In this document: piece after piece, positions 10,887-19,616 of the stretch
Numbering within the stretch: the stretch's first letter is position 1
Layout: each line of letters starts with the position of its first letter
Assembly (NCBI GenBank): GCA_963755675.1
Contig: CAVWLK010000087.1
Coordinates: forward strand, 14,238-78,237
Reading direction: 5' to 3'
Source: an uncultured Actinomycetes bacterium
GTDB taxonomy: Bacteria; Actinomycetota; Thermoleophilia; Gaiellales; JAICJC01
Length of the DNA stretch: 64,000 nt
Made by a program: the position numbers and the translations under genes
The notes under the pieces: model-generated
Databases searched by the model: none
Told to the model about the DNA's origin: nothing
What the model saw: the letters and a program-made list of their open reading frames with translations, nothing else

Positions 10887-11002
10887 GCGCCGCTCAGGGC
10901 AGCCGAGTAGGTTGAAGCCAGTCGGACGGATCGTAGAGGCGACTCGAAAGTTCGTTCGGTTGGGGGACGGAAGGCAAGCCGGGGCGGCGAATCTTTGGTC
11001 CC
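10887..11002 (+). ncRNA. Candidate structured small RNA, copy C (6 substitutions vs A)
   Basis: Same length and same predicted fold as A and B. Confidence 0.65.
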
Positions 11003-11025
11003 GTTCAGGCAGTCGTCTGACACAC

Positions 11026-11062
11026 GACGACCCCCGCCGCCCGGATGGCGACGAGGGGTCGT
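11026..11062. terminator. GC-rich hairpin between RNA copy C and the convergent permease
   Basis: ACGACCCC-CGCCGCC...GGCGACG-AGGGGTCGT inverted repeat just after the permease stop. Confidence 0.55.
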
Positions 11063-11076
11063 GGTAGCAGCGTCGT

Positions 11077-12705
11077 TCAGTCGCCAGAGGTGGCCGGTGA
11101 GCCGCCCTCGAGCGCGGCCTCGATCCTCGCCAGCTCCTCTTCGGAGCCCATCCGCACCGGGCCCTTGAACCACTTGTTGGCGGATAGCACCCACCAGCCG
11201 CCGAACAGCAGGAACGCGCCTCCCACCGTTAGCGGTGCGTAGTTGACGTCGATCCAGTTCACGTTCACCAGGAAGTGGTCACCGACCACCGCCCCGTTGC
11301 CCGGGATACCGTCCGGGAACAGCGGCAGCAGGAACAGGAGGCAGATCAGCACGATCCAGCCGATCGCGAGCGGGTCGATCCAGCGGTAGTGCTTTCCGAG
11401 TGTCCAGGCCCCAGGCTCGAAGCTCTTGCCCTTTCGGTAGCGCAGGATGATCGGCAGTACGAAGGCGATGTAGAGGCCGATCACGGCCACCGAGGTGCCG
11501 ACGGCATAGCCGACGACCGGGTTCTTCAGCGTCGGCAGCATCAGCGCCCACGACAGCACGCAGATCGCCCACACGGCGTTCACCGGCACGCGGTCCCGTG
11601 ACACCTTCTTCCAGAGGTTGTGCCCGGGGACGGCGCCGTCACGCGAGAACGCGAACATCATCCGCGACGCCGATGTGACCGAGGCCAGGCCGCAGAAGAA
11701 CTGGGCCACGCACGCGATCACCAGCAGGAACTCGGCCCACTTGTCTCCCATCGACGTCTGCCAGATGTACTGCACCGCGAAGCCATACTGCGACGCGGTA
11801 TCCCCGACCGGGCCGGGGATGGCGAACGTGACAGCGACCAGCAGGATGAATCCGAAGATCACTGAGACGACGACCGACATGACCATGCCGAGCGCGGCCG
11901 CGCGGGAGGCGTTCCGGGTTTCCTCGCTCATGTGCGCCGATGCGTCGTAACCGGTGATGGTGTACTGGGCCATCAACAGGCCGATGCCGAACACGAACCA
12001 GAATGCCGGGTTTGTGAAGCTCGCCCCTTGGAACCCGGAGAAGTTCTCCGTGTCCGTGAACACGAAGCTTAGCGACTTGTGGTGGTCGGGGACGAAGATC
12101 AGCACGCCGACGATGATCGCCACGCCCGCCATGTGCCACCAGGCGCTGATGTTGTTGAGCATCGCCAGCAGCCGCACGCCGAAGGTGTTGATCAGGCCGT
12201 GCAACGCGATGATGACGGTATACGTCAGGAACACGTGCCCCTTGGTCAGCGAGTAGTCGAACCACAGGCCCATCAGCGACGAGATGAAGGTCGCCGCGCC
12301 GAAGTCGATCGCCGCGGTGACGGCGATCTGACCGACCAGGTTGAACCAGCCCGTGAACCAGCCCCAGCCCGGGCTGCCGAGCCGTGACGACCAGTAGTAG
12401 AGCCCGCCGGCGGTGGGGTACTTGGACGCGATCTCGCCCATCGCGAGCGCTACCAGGATGCAGAAGCCGCCCACCAGCAGCCAGCCCCAGGTGACCGCCA
12501 CCGGGCCGCCCCAGCCGATCGCCAGGTAGTACGAGGTGAGACAGCCGGCCAGGATCGAGATGATGGTGAAAGAGATCGCAAAGTTCGAGAAGCCACCCCA
12601 GCCCCGCAACAACTCCTGGGCGTAGCCGAGCTCGTGAAGCAGTTTCTCGTCGTCGCTGAGATTGGCGGGAGGGGGGTTGGGAGCAGCTCCCGGTGACGTG
12701 TCCAT
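11077..12705 (-). CDS. APC-family amino acid/polyamine permease
   Basis: 542 aa, ~12 TM segments, FSNFAISF, YPTAGGLY, GYDASAHMSEET; AGGAGG RBS. Confidence 0.92.
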   Translation of the reverse strand: MDTSPGAAPNPPPANLSDDEKLLHELGYAQELLRGWGGFSNFAISFTIISILAGCLTSYYLAIGWGGPVAVTWGWLLVGGFCILVALAMGEIASKYPTAGGLYYWSSRLGSPGWGWFTGWFNLVGQIAVTAAIDFGAATFISSLMGLWFDYSLTKGHVFLTYTVIIALHGLINTFGVRLLAMLNNISAWWHMAGVAIIVGVLIFVPDHHKSLSFVFTDTENFSGFQGASFTNPAFWFVFGIGLLMAQYTITGYDASAHMSEETRNASRAAALGMVMSVVVSVIFGFILLVAVTFAIPGPVGDTASQYGFAVQYIWQTSMGDKWAEFLLVIACVAQFFCGLASVTSASRMMFAFSRDGAVPGHNLWKKVSRDRVPVNAVWAICVLSWALMLPTLKNPVVGYAVGTSVAVIGLYIAFVLPIILRYRKGKSFEPGAWTLGKHYRWIDPLAIGWIVLICLLFLLPLFPDGIPGNGAVVGDHFLVNVNWIDVNYAPLTVGGAFLLFGGWWVLSANKWFKGPVRMGSEEELARIEAALEGGSPATSGD

Positions 12706-12819
12706 CTGTCCTCCTTGGTCGTCAGGAACCGGCCTCTACTAATGGGCCGCCGATTATACGACTCTCAGGGGGAGTTTCGACCCGGCAGGACAGAACTCCT
12801 TGCCGACGAACTCAGCCGC

Positions 12820-13701
12820 ATGGGGTACCGGCCATCTCCGACGGCGGCGCGTCTCTGTGGCGTGGCGGCGCTGGTGGTCGCCTTCGGTGCCTTCCTGTCG
12901 GCCGAGAGCAACGACCTCTCGCGCAGACAGGCCGGTGCGATCGCGGTGGCCTTTGGGCTGATCATGATTGCCGTGCACGTGGCGGTGCTTCGGACGCGAG
13001 CCGATCAGGGCCGCCCCGCGGACGCGTCACTGGCCGCGCTGGTGGCGGCGCTCACCGTGACGCCCGGGTTGATCGCGCTCCTGTGGGATTCCGGGATCGG
13101 CAACGAGACCGGTGTCTTCTTCTTCGGCTTCTCGCGCGACGGGACGGGCAACGGCTTGATCGTGTCGGCTGTGGTGTTCGCCGTTGCCTACGCGCTTGCA
13201 CGCGACGCGCGCTGGCTGCTGATCGCGCCGCTTGCGCTGGTCGCGGGTATCGAGGTGCGCTTGCTGGGAAATGGCGAGGTGACGTCATTCAGCAGCGGTA
13301 GCTGGACGCGGTTTCTGTTCCTGATGGCGGCGTTGGCGGCGCTCACCGCCCTGGCGAGCCGGGTGCCGGCCGCCGAACGGCACAACCTGCTGCTGGCCGC
13401 AGCCCTGCTCGTGCCGTTCACGTTCGTCAGCTACCCGACGAGCGGGGCGAGCACGGTCCGCGATCTCGTCGGGGCCTCACTGCTCGCGGCACTGGCGCTG
13501 GTGACGTGGCCGCGGCTCACCCCTGGGATCGGGTTTGCCACCGTGCTGATGGCGACGTTCGAGGTGGGATCGCTTTCTGAGCACGGCAGAAGCCTCGGGC
13601 CGGCGGTGCTGTTCGCCGCAGCCGGCGTCGCCCTACTGCTCGCCGGTGGGATCCTCAACAGGCCGCGCTTCGCGGAACCGCCGGCCGCGGAGCCCTCCTA
13701 G
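12820..13701 (+). CDS. Hypothetical multi-pass membrane protein (start uncertain: 12742 or 12820)
   Basis: Long hydrophobic ORF with about 10 TM-like segments. Confidence 0.7.
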   Translation: MGYRPSPTAARLCGVAALVVAFGAFLSAESNDLSRRQAGAIAVAFGLIMIAVHVAVLRTRADQGRPADASLAALVAALTVTPGLIALLWDSGIGNETGVFFFGFSRDGTGNGLIVSAVVFAVAYALARDARWLLIAPLALVAGIEVRLLGNGEVTSFSSGSWTRFLFLMAALAALTALASRVPAAERHNLLLAAALLVPFTFVSYPTSGASTVRDLVGASLLAALALVTWPRLTPGIGFATVLMATFEVGSLSEHGRSLGPAVLFAAAGVALLLAGGILNRPRFAEPPAAEPS

Positions 13702-13705
13702 CCGT

Positions 13706-14839
13706 TCAGCCGAACGCCTGCTCCAGATCTTCGATCAGATCATCGGCCGACTCGATCCCCACCGACAGCCGCACCAGGTTGGTGGGCGTGGCGAACGGCG
13801 CATCGGCGGTCGAGGCGTGCGTCATCTGTGCGGGCGTCTCGATCAGGCTCTCGACGCCGCCAAGGCTCTCGGCCAGCGACCACACCTTGGTGCGCGCGAC
13901 CAGGTCGAGGGCCTGCTTCTCGCTCTCGACCAGGAACGAGATCATGCCGCCGAAGTCGCGCATCTGCCGGGCCGCGATCTCGTGCCCTGGGTGGTCGGGG
14001 ATGCCAGGGTAGAGCACCCGGTCGACGATTGGATGGCCGCCCAGGAAGCCCGCCACCGCACGGGCGTTCTCGCAGTGCTGGCGCATCCGCACCGCCAGCG
14101 TCTTCAGGCCGCGAAGCACCAGCCAGGCGTCGAACGGCCCCGCCACGGCGCCCAGCGAGTTCTGAAGGAATGCCAGCCGCTCAGCCAGCCCGGCGTCGCG
14201 TGTTGCGGCAAAACCTGACACCAGATCTGAGTGGCCGCCCAAGTACTTGGTCGCGGAGTGCACGACGATGTCGGCTCCCAGCTCGAGCGGCCGCTGGAGG
14301 TAGGGCGACGCGAACGTGTTGTCGACCACGACAATGGCGCCGAACGAGCGCGCTACCTTTGCCGCCGCGGCGATGTCGACGATGTTGAGCAGCGGGTTGG
14401 TGGGCGACTCCAGCCACAGCATCCGCGCGCCCTCCATGTGGTCGGCCAACTCGCTGTTGCACTGCTCGGCGGAGAGGTACGAGAAGCTGTAGCCCTTCGG
14501 CTGATAGACCTTGGAGAACAGCCGGTAAGTGCCGCCGTAGACGTCGTTCACCGACACCAGCCGCTCGCCGGGGTCGAGCAGGTGCATCACGGTCGTGGTT
14601 GCGGCCATGCCGCTCGCGAACGCGAACCCGTGCTCGGCGCTCTCCAGCGACGCCAGGCAGCGCTCCAGCGCGCGCCGGGTGGGATTGGCGGTGCGCGCGT
14701 AGTCGTAGCCATCCTTGAGAACTCCCACCGCTTCCTGGACGTAGGTGGAGGTCTGGTAGATGGGGACGGTGACCGCGCCGGTCGAGGGGTCGGGCTCCTG
14801 CCCGTCGTGGACCGCGCGCGTGTCGAACTGCTTGGTCAT
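13706..14839 (-). CDS. Cystathionine gamma-lyase/synthase (PLP)
   Basis: PIYQTSTY, YARTANPT, ESPTNP, DNTF, HSATKYLGGHSD, AESLGGVESL. Confidence 0.95.
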   Translation of the reverse strand: MTKQFDTRAVHDGQEPDPSTGAVTVPIYQTSTYVQEAVGVLKDGYDYARTANPTRRALERCLASLESAEHGFAFASGMAATTTVMHLLDPGERLVSVNDVYGGTYRLFSKVYQPKGYSFSYLSAEQCNSELADHMEGARMLWLESPTNPLLNIVDIAAAAKVARSFGAIVVVDNTFASPYLQRPLELGADIVVHSATKYLGGHSDLVSGFAATRDAGLAERLAFLQNSLGAVAGPFDAWLVLRGLKTLAVRMRQHCENARAVAGFLGGHPIVDRVLYPGIPDHPGHEIAARQMRDFGGMISFLVESEKQALDLVARTKVWSLAESLGGVESLIETPAQMTHASTADAPFATPTNLVRLSVGIESADDLIEDLEQAFG

Positions 14840-15975
14840 TCGCGCAGGATAGTCGAGCACCCGATGGCCGCGGAGAGCCGCTCCAGCGCTCGGTCAAGGC
14901 CATCGTCGTGGCGCGCGCCCCATCGCACCTTGGGCTCGCGGTGCACCGCCAGCACCCGCAGCGTCTCGCTGCTGCGGTCGTTGCGCAGGTCGACCCGGCC
15001 AACGATCCGGTCACCCAGGAGGAAGGGCAGCACGTAGTAGCCGTAGACGCGCTCATGCTCGCGCTTGTAGACCTCGATCAGGTGCGAGAAGCCGATCACG
15101 CGCTCGGCGAATGGCCGATCCCACAGCAGGTTGTCGAACGGCGAGAGCAGCACCGCGGCGGTGGTCGAGCCGCCACGCTCCGAGTTCGCCGGCACGAGCA
15201 CGGGCGCCCCGCCGTCTGCCACCTGCAGCCTTTCAAGCAGCCCTTCGGCGACCAACGCATCGACGTGCGACCGGATCCGGGCGACACCGCCTCGCAGGCG
15301 GTTGTGCTCGACGATCCCGCGCTCGGTGAGGACGCCGCGCGCCTCCACCGCGCGCAGCGAGAGCGTGCGCAGCATCTCGTCCTCGCTCGGCACCGGCGCG
15401 CCGAGCATGGCATCGGGGATCACGCGCTCGGGCAGGTCGTAGAACCGCTGGAAGCTCCTGCGCTCCGAGACCACCAGCCGGCCCGAGTTCCACAGCGCCT
15501 CCAGCACCCGCTTGGCCGGCTTCTGGCTCCACATCCCGGCACCGCTCTCACCCTCGAAGTGGCGTGATCCAAGCGGCCCGCGATCGCGGATCTCGGACAG
15601 CACGTGGTCGGCCAGGGCCGCTTCACGCTTGAGCACGTCGCCCCACCAGGGGTGGTCGTCGCTGCTCAGCATCACGTGGCGGTAGAGCGGCCAGTCGTCG
15701 ATCGGGATCAGGCAGGCCTCGTGCGCCCAGTACTCGAAGATACGGCCCTGCTTGAGCAGCTTCGAGACCGTGCCCCGCGGATAGGCGCCCACCCGGCTCG
15801 CCAGCGCGATCCGGTGGCTGCGCTCGACGGCCGAGATCGAGTCGAGTTGCACGGCTCCAAGGCGGGCGATCGCCGCCTCCACCTCGACCGCGCGCCCCCT
15901 CCGGGCGCGGGCGGCGTAACCCTGGGCCGCGACCGCACGCAGACGCACCTCCGCCAGTGAGGCCGGCGGACTCAA
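14836..15975 (-). CDS. ycaQ: YcaQ/AlkZ-family (HTH_42) crosslink-repair DNA glycosylase
   Basis: VQLDSIS (QxD), FEYWAHEA, LLSPFDNL, YGYYVLP. TTG start overlaps the cbs stop. Confidence 0.85.
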   Translation of the reverse strand: MSPPASLAEVRLRAVAAQGYAARARRGRAVEVEAAIARLGAVQLDSISAVERSHRIALASRVGAYPRGTVSKLLKQGRIFEYWAHEACLIPIDDWPLYRHVMLSSDDHPWWGDVLKREAALADHVLSEIRDRGPLGSRHFEGESGAGMWSQKPAKRVLEALWNSGRLVVSERRSFQRFYDLPERVIPDAMLGAPVPSEDEMLRTLSLRAVEARGVLTERGIVEHNRLRGGVARIRSHVDALVAEGLLERLQVADGGAPVLVPANSERGGSTTAAVLLSPFDNLLWDRPFAERVIGFSHLIEVYKREHERVYGYYVLPFLLGDRIVGRVDLRNDRSSETLRVLAVHREPKVRWGARHDDGLDRALERLSAAIGCSTILRE

Positions 15976-17372
15976 ACCCCGTTTCGCCGGTGGGCGAGGT
16001 ATTCGAGCAGGTCGGAGCGGGTCAGCATGCCGGCCGGGCGTCCGCCCCGCGCGACCACGACGGCAGGACTGCCCGCGGTCAGGTCGGCGAATACGCGGTC
16101 GATCGACTCGCTGGCGTCGATCACGTGCAGCGGCGGCTGCATCGCCTGGGCGACGCCCTCGTTGAGCGCGTCGGGGTTCTTGAACACGCGGTCGAGCAGC
16201 CCGCGCTCCTGGAGGGAGCCGACGACGTCGGCCAGCGAGTCGGCCGGGTTGGTGCGCACCACGGGAAGCTGCGAGATCGAGTAGCGCTGCATCAGCTCGA
16301 TCGCTTCGCCCACCTTGTGGCTCGGACTCGATCACGACCAGCTCGGGCAGCTCGTCGTGCTCTCCGCGCGTGTGGCGCAGCACCTCCTCGACCGTCGGAG
16401 CCGGGGCGCCGCGGTCGAGGAAGCCGTACTCGAGCATGTAGTTGTCGTCGTAGAACTTGGACAGGTAGGAACGGCCGCCGTCGGGGATCAGCGTCAGCAC
16501 GGTCGCGCCGGCGCCGATCGTGCGCGGCGACCTCGAGCGTCGCCCAGACGGCCGTGCCGCCGGATCCGCCCACCAGCAGGCCCTCCTCGCGCGCCATCCG
16601 GCGTGCGGTGACGAACGAGTCGCGATCGGACACGGTGACGAAGTCGTCGATCAGCGAGAGATCGATGGTGGTGGGGAAGAAGTCCTCGCCGATGCCCTCG
16701 ACCAGGTAGGGGTGGACGTCGTCGGGCTGCGAGTAGATCGAGCCCTCCGGGTCGGCGCCCACGATCCGCAGGTCGGGATTCTGCTGCTTCAGGTAGCGCG
16801 CCACGCCGGACACCGTTCCGCCGGTGCCAAGGGCGATCACGACCGCGTCAAGCTCGCCGCCGGTCTGCTCCCAGATCTCGGGCCCGGTGGTGCTCGAAGT
16901 GGGCCTGCGGGTTGGCCATGTTCGAGTACTGGTCGGGCTTGAAGCCGCCGGGGATCTCCTCGGCCAGCCGGTCGGAGACCGAGTAGTAGCTGTCGGGCGA
17001 CCCGGGCTCGACCGCGGTCGGGCAGATCACGACCTCGGCGCCGTAGGCGCGAAGCAGCGAGATCTTCTCCTGGCTCATTTTGTCCGGCATCACGAAGATG
17101 CAGCGGTAGCCCATGATGGCGGCGGCGATGGCGAGGCCGACGCCGGTGTTGCCCGACGTCGGCTCGATGATCGTGCCGCCGGGCTTGAGCTGCCCCTCGC
17201 GCTCGGCCGCCTCGATCATGCGCAGGCCGATCCGATCCTTCACCGAGCCGCCCGGGTTGAGGTATTCGAGCTTTGCGATCACCGTCGCGTCGATGCCGGC
17301 GGTGATGCGTTGGAGCCGCACCAGCGGGGTGTTGCCGACCAGGTCGAGCACGGTGGGATACGTGCGGGACAT
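15972..17372 (-). CDS. cbs: Cystathionine beta-synthase with C-terminal CBS domains (about 3 frameshifts)
   Basis: GNTPLV, NPGGSVKDR, PTSGNTG, GTGGT, YLVEGIG, YLSKFY, SQLPVV across consecutive frames. Confidence 0.9.
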
Positions 17373-17411
17373 CGGCGCGAACTGTACCCGGGAAGGCGAG
17401 CATGCGCCGCC

Positions 17412-18819
17412 TCAGCGCCACCTGCCGCTTCCGACCCCTACGGTCGACATACCCGATTGGACGCGTGTGGCGTGAGCGACGAAGTACACCATCTTGCCCG
17501 ATCGGTCGACGACTTCAAAGAAGCTGCCCTCGAGCTGGCTGTCATCGGTGAGCGGATAGCCTTTCGGCGTCCATCCGGCCTTCCCCGCAGCCGGGTCATC
17601 TGTGCGCGCGATCACGATCGGTGCGAGGTTGAACGGCCGTGCGAATCGCAGCGAGACGAGGCTGAGTCCTGCCTTCGTCACGTTGTTCTCGATCGTCGTG
17701 GCGAGCGCCACAGAATCGACGCCAGCGGTGGGGTGGGACGCGTCACTCGGGAACGTGCTGGTTTCCTCCTGGCCCGGGATGGAATCGGCAAACGACTGAC
17801 CGAATCCGGAGACGTTCGGGAGCCCACGCGAGTGCGAGAGCTCACGAAACGCGCCTGCAGCCAGCCATGTCTCCCAGATCCCGAACGCTGAGTCGTTCTT
17901 GAAGTCCAGACATGCGGAACGTCAGCCAGGCGCCGCCCTTCGCGTCGTACGGCGCCGGCGGCGACGCGATCTCGACCTTGGGGACGTCATTGGTGTCGAT
18001 GCCCCGCATGATGGATCGCAGTAGCCTTCGCTGGGCCCGCGTGCCGCCGGTGATCACGGCGTGGGGATCGTCGATGATGGGCGCGAACTCTTGCTGCGTT
18101 GGCAGCGTCCTGGCAACCTCGATCAGCCCCGGGAGTGTGTCGGCGCCGTATGCCCAGAGCGTGACCTTGAAACCGCCCCTGACGGTCACGACGCTCGCTG
18201 GGACACCGTATGTGCGCTCGGCGAGACGCAGCACGCCGAGAGGCTGCTCCTTGTTGAAGGCGGTTGGGTCGGAGGAATGCGCGATCGCAGGTGACCCGCC
18301 GATCGTGTACCTCTTGAAGCCCGTTGGAAACCGGCTGAAGAAGGAAGCGAGGGTGCAGTTGCAGTGCCAAGGCTCAACCGTCTCGACGATGCCGGACTTC
18401 CAGATCACAACCACGGCGCGGCGCGTCGCCCATACCGAGTCCAGGTTGCGTGACGATGCGAGCGGCGAGTTCAGCTGAGGAATCGGGAACGGAAGTGACG
18501 CGGCGCCCGGATACGGGCTCCACCCTGACCCCAGGATGAAGGACTTCCTCAGGACGGCGAGCTTCTTCGGCGAGGCAACGACGGCGGGCAGCCCGGAAGC
18601 CGGTTCGCTACGCCGCGAGTGCGCGGCCAGCGCCAGCGCCGCGACAACGGCCGCAACACCCATAGCGGCCATTGCCCAGCCGGCGGCCCGCGGCACGCGC
18701 CACCCTCGCGGCCTGGTCTGCAACCGAGCCTCCCGACCCTGCACTCGCTGACGCAGGTCGAGGGGCGGATCGGCCCGATCGAATCCTCGCAGAAGATCGC
18801 GCCAGGCCTCAGCCATCAT
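17412..18819 (-). CDS. Putative anti-sigma-like single-pass membrane protein (frameshift ~17900)
   Basis: Overlaps the ECF sigma stop. Short N-domain plus one TM helix; the shifted frame (DFKNDSAFGIWETW...) runs on into ORF 17412-17711. Confidence 0.55.
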
Positions 18820-19267
18820 GCGCTCCAACCGTCTCGAGCGATGCCCGCAGCGAGCGCCGGGCACGGTGCAGCCGCACCTTGACCGTCGCCGCCGGCGACC
18901 CCACCAGCCGCGCCACTTCCGCCACCGGCAGGTCGGCGTAGTAGTGCAGGAAGACGACCACCCGCTGGTCGGGTGAGAGCCGCCGCAGCGCGTCGGTCAG
19001 GTCGGATGGAAGCGCTGAGCCGGCTTCGAACGCCTGCTCCGCTGATCCCGCGGGAGACAGCACGCGGTCGCGCCGCAGCTCCTGACCGGCCAGCCGGAAC
19101 GCCATCCGAAACACCCACGGCACCGGCTCGCGCACGCTCTCGCGGTGGGCGAACAGGCGGGCGAACGCCTCCGCCGTCGCGTCGTCGGCGATCGCCGTGC
19201 GTCCGGCGCTCATCGCCAGCACGGCTCGCCACACCCGTCCCGCATGCGAGTGAAACACCGCTTCCAC
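18809..19267 (-). CDS. ECF sigma factor (true start perhaps 19298 via a frameshift)
   Basis: ADDATAEAF, PWVFRMA, LRRLSPDQR, TVKVRLHRAR (regions 2 and 4). Confidence 0.88.
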   Translation of the reverse strand: MEAVFHSHAGRVWRAVLAMSAGRTAIADDATAEAFARLFAHRESVREPVPWVFRMAFRLAGQELRRDRVLSPAGSAEQAFEAGSALPSDLTDALRRLSPDQRVVVFLHYYADLPVAEVARLVGSPAATVKVRLHRARRSLRASLETVGAHDG

Positions 19268-19314
19268 CTCGGCTCTGGTCGCGATCGGTGACTCCCATCA
19301 AGCGTCTGCTGTGA

Positions 19315-19342
19315 AGAGCGCGAAACCAGCCTAGAAGGTTCC
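19315..19342 (-). promoter_or_regulatory. Putative ECF-type autoregulatory promoter
   Basis: Minus strand GGAACC-N16-CGCTCT just upstream of the ECF gene. Confidence 0.45.
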
Positions 19343-19384
19343 ACTCGTGGTAGCCTTGCCCCGTCATGCCAGCCCGTCTCTAAT

Positions 19385-19565
19385 AGAACCGGCTTCAGAA
19401 TGACCGGCTGTTGCGGCTGGTTCGCGGCGACGGTGGCGGTGTCCCACGCCGCGTGCGGTGCTCAACGTGGCCTGCGGCCACGCCTGCGCTCCACTCGCGG
19501 CTCGATCCTTGCCACCACCGCCGCGCCCTGCGCCTCACGACGCCAGTCATCCTGAAACCGGTTCT
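19385..19565 (-). repeat. 181-bp imperfect palindrome (long hairpin; MITE-like or ncRNA)
   Basis: Terminal arms match at 21/24; inner 15-bp and ~20-bp arms; centre CGTGGCC-TGC-GGCCACG. Confidence 0.8.
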
Positions 19566-19616
19566 GGCCATCGTGCCGGCCCGAGCGCCGGCCCCCTTCG
19601 ATGACTGGAGCCTCGC

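Larger units (their letters stand above)
1..11164. repeat. ~5.5-kb inverted duplication (fold-back), centre ~5515-5550; left arm is a degraded mirror of the right arm
   Basis: Left-arm order (permease tail, RNA element, ade, two RNA elements, nfuA, EAL-GGDEF-PAS-GAF) is the reverse complement of 5550-11164. For example 5461-5514 mirrors 5551-5610, and 15-95 mirrors the permease C-terminus MGSEEELAR. Confidence 0.95.

Noticed and set aside
8574..11067. ORFs 8574-8816, 8875-9132 and 10789-11067 sharing CFPVPGRVPFLLRRSGQPSRLKP
   Set aside because: They run through the promoter and RNA repeat, have unrelated weak starts and ends with no RBS, and 4 of the 6 substitutions in copy C are non-synonymous. 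Best explained as a by-product of the DNA repeat.
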